A stretch of DNA of 63,459 nucleotides, counting the filler, from Octopus bimaculoides (lineage: Eukaryota): the NCBI RefSeq assembly GCF_001194135.2. It is 6 parts of 5 records of this genome, joined end to end, with 100 filler letters (N's around TTAATTAATTAA, not from the genome) between each part and the next. Parts side by side here need not be neighbours in the genome. Positions count along the whole stretch, not along the records: positions 56,614 to 63,459 come from NC_069000.1; 5 more parts are not named here. The stretch is one strand, 5' to 3'. The notes beneath the pieces were generated by a model, which had not been told where the DNA came from, searched no databases, and saw only the letters and a list, made by a program, of their open reading frames with translations. The translations under genes were made by a program, and so were the position numbers. This document shows positions 62,205-63,459 of this stretch, piece after piece (positions within the stretch are counted from its first letter, which is position 1; the number at the start of each line of letters is the position of its first letter).

Positions 62205-62373
62205 GCGCTGGAGTGGCTGTGTCGTAAGTAGCTTGCTTACCAACCACATGGTCTGCGGTTCAGTCCCACTGCGTGGCACCTTGGGCAAGTGTCTTCGGCT
62301 ATAGCCTCGGGCCGACCAAAGCCTTGTGAGTGGATTGGTAGACGGAAACTGGAAGAAGCCCGTCGTATATATG

Positions 62374-62418
<45 letters not shown>

Positions 62419-62625
62419 TTGTGTGTTTGTCCCCCCAACATCGCTTGACAACCGATGCTGGTGTGTTTAGGTCCCCGTAACTTCGCGGTTCGGCAAAAGA
62501 GACCGATAGAATAAGTACTAAGCTTACAAAGAATAAGTCCTGGGGTCGGTTTGATTCGACTAAAGGCGGTGCTCCAGCATGGCCACAGTCAAATGACTGA
62601 AACAAGTAAAAGAGTAAAAGAGCTC
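62205..62625 (+). mobile_element. SINE family B, near full length
   Basis: Complete head, CORE-like segment, internal (TA)n(TG)n and tail. Further fragments at about 24270-24450, 25290-25440, 32545-32685, 36560-36670 and 60020-60175. Confidence 0.92.
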
Positions 62626-62647
62626 GCGAGAGACGAATAAGAGTGAG

Positions 62648-62756
<109 letters not shown>

Positions 62757-62862
62757 ACAGAGAGATATTAACATACGCGAATAACAGTAGTAATAGCTGT
62801 TGATACTGAATCTGGACAACCTTAATTGAGGACACACACACACACACACACACATGCGTCTA

Positions 62863-63054
62863 TTAAGGAGTGCTGAAAACTTTCAGGCTTTGGGTAAAAG
62901 AAAATACAGGAGGATCAGTAAATTATGATTTTATTCAACATATTCCTCTCTCAGATTCACACGCTTGTTGCAGCGGTCCTTCAGTTTTACTAAGCCCTAT
63001 AAAAGAACTCGGAAAGTTGGTCCTTAAAACCTGGAACTTTTCAGCACCCCGTCG
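62863..63054. mobile_element. Mariner-type MITE (192 bp)
   Basis: TA-TTAAGGAGTGCTGAAAACTTTCAGGCTTT at left; reverse complement of the right end is TA-CGACGGGGTGCTGAAAAGTTCCAGGTTTT. Confidence 0.75.
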
Positions 63055-63459
63055 TATGTATGTATATGTATATATCACAGGGTCCGAGGTTATAGTTCCT
63101 CACCATTTCATATTGGTCTGCTCGGTTACAGCCAGAAATGACTTTGACGAGTGTAGCATTAATTCTCTAGGTCATCCAATTCTTCTCAACAGATCAATGG
63201 GTCGATTGAGTAAACTTGTTAATAACAAACCTATAATTACCACTAGAAACAGCTGTAAGTCAACTTTACTACTCGGGACGTAGAACAGTAAATTTAACAC
63301 CATCAAACAAAAGAGCTTGTTGAACAATCGACTGTTTTACTAGCCATTAATAATGGTGCAACCGCTGTGGCTACAGCAGCTATAATATATATATATACAT
63401 ATATACATATACATATATATATATATATATGTATGTATATATATATATATATATATATA

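Overview
AT-rich eukaryotic genomic DNA, dense in microsatellites and repeats. The SINE, LINE and microsatellite content suggests an octopus (inference). The window has many N gaps and five artificial N44-TTAATTAATTAA-N44 scaffold joins. The only well-supported host coding sequence is two kinase-domain exons of an ALK/LTK-family receptor tyrosine kinase on the + strand (16867-16964 and 32168-32269). I could not find the catalytic-loop/DFG exon expected between them in called sequence. The rest is mostly mobile DNA: tRNA-derived SINE families, RTE LINE remnants, R4/Dong-type elements next to (TAA)n arrays, three mariner derivatives and several Penelope-like element (PLE) fragments. The most interesting signal is a set of type I hammerhead-ribozyme-like motifs. 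One has an intact core and lies at the 3' end of a PLE, one has an 11-bp extended stem II, and two sit in a ~170-bp inverted repeat pair. Other points of interest are a mariner made of two 5' ends, a SINE multimer with a palindromic junction shared by two loci, and an E2F/YY1/NRF1/ETS promoter-like cluster near 4 kb with a candidate first exon. No prokaryotic features, CRISPR arrays, rRNA genes or genuine tRNA genes were seen. All alignments and folds were done by eye, and repeat boundaries are approximate.
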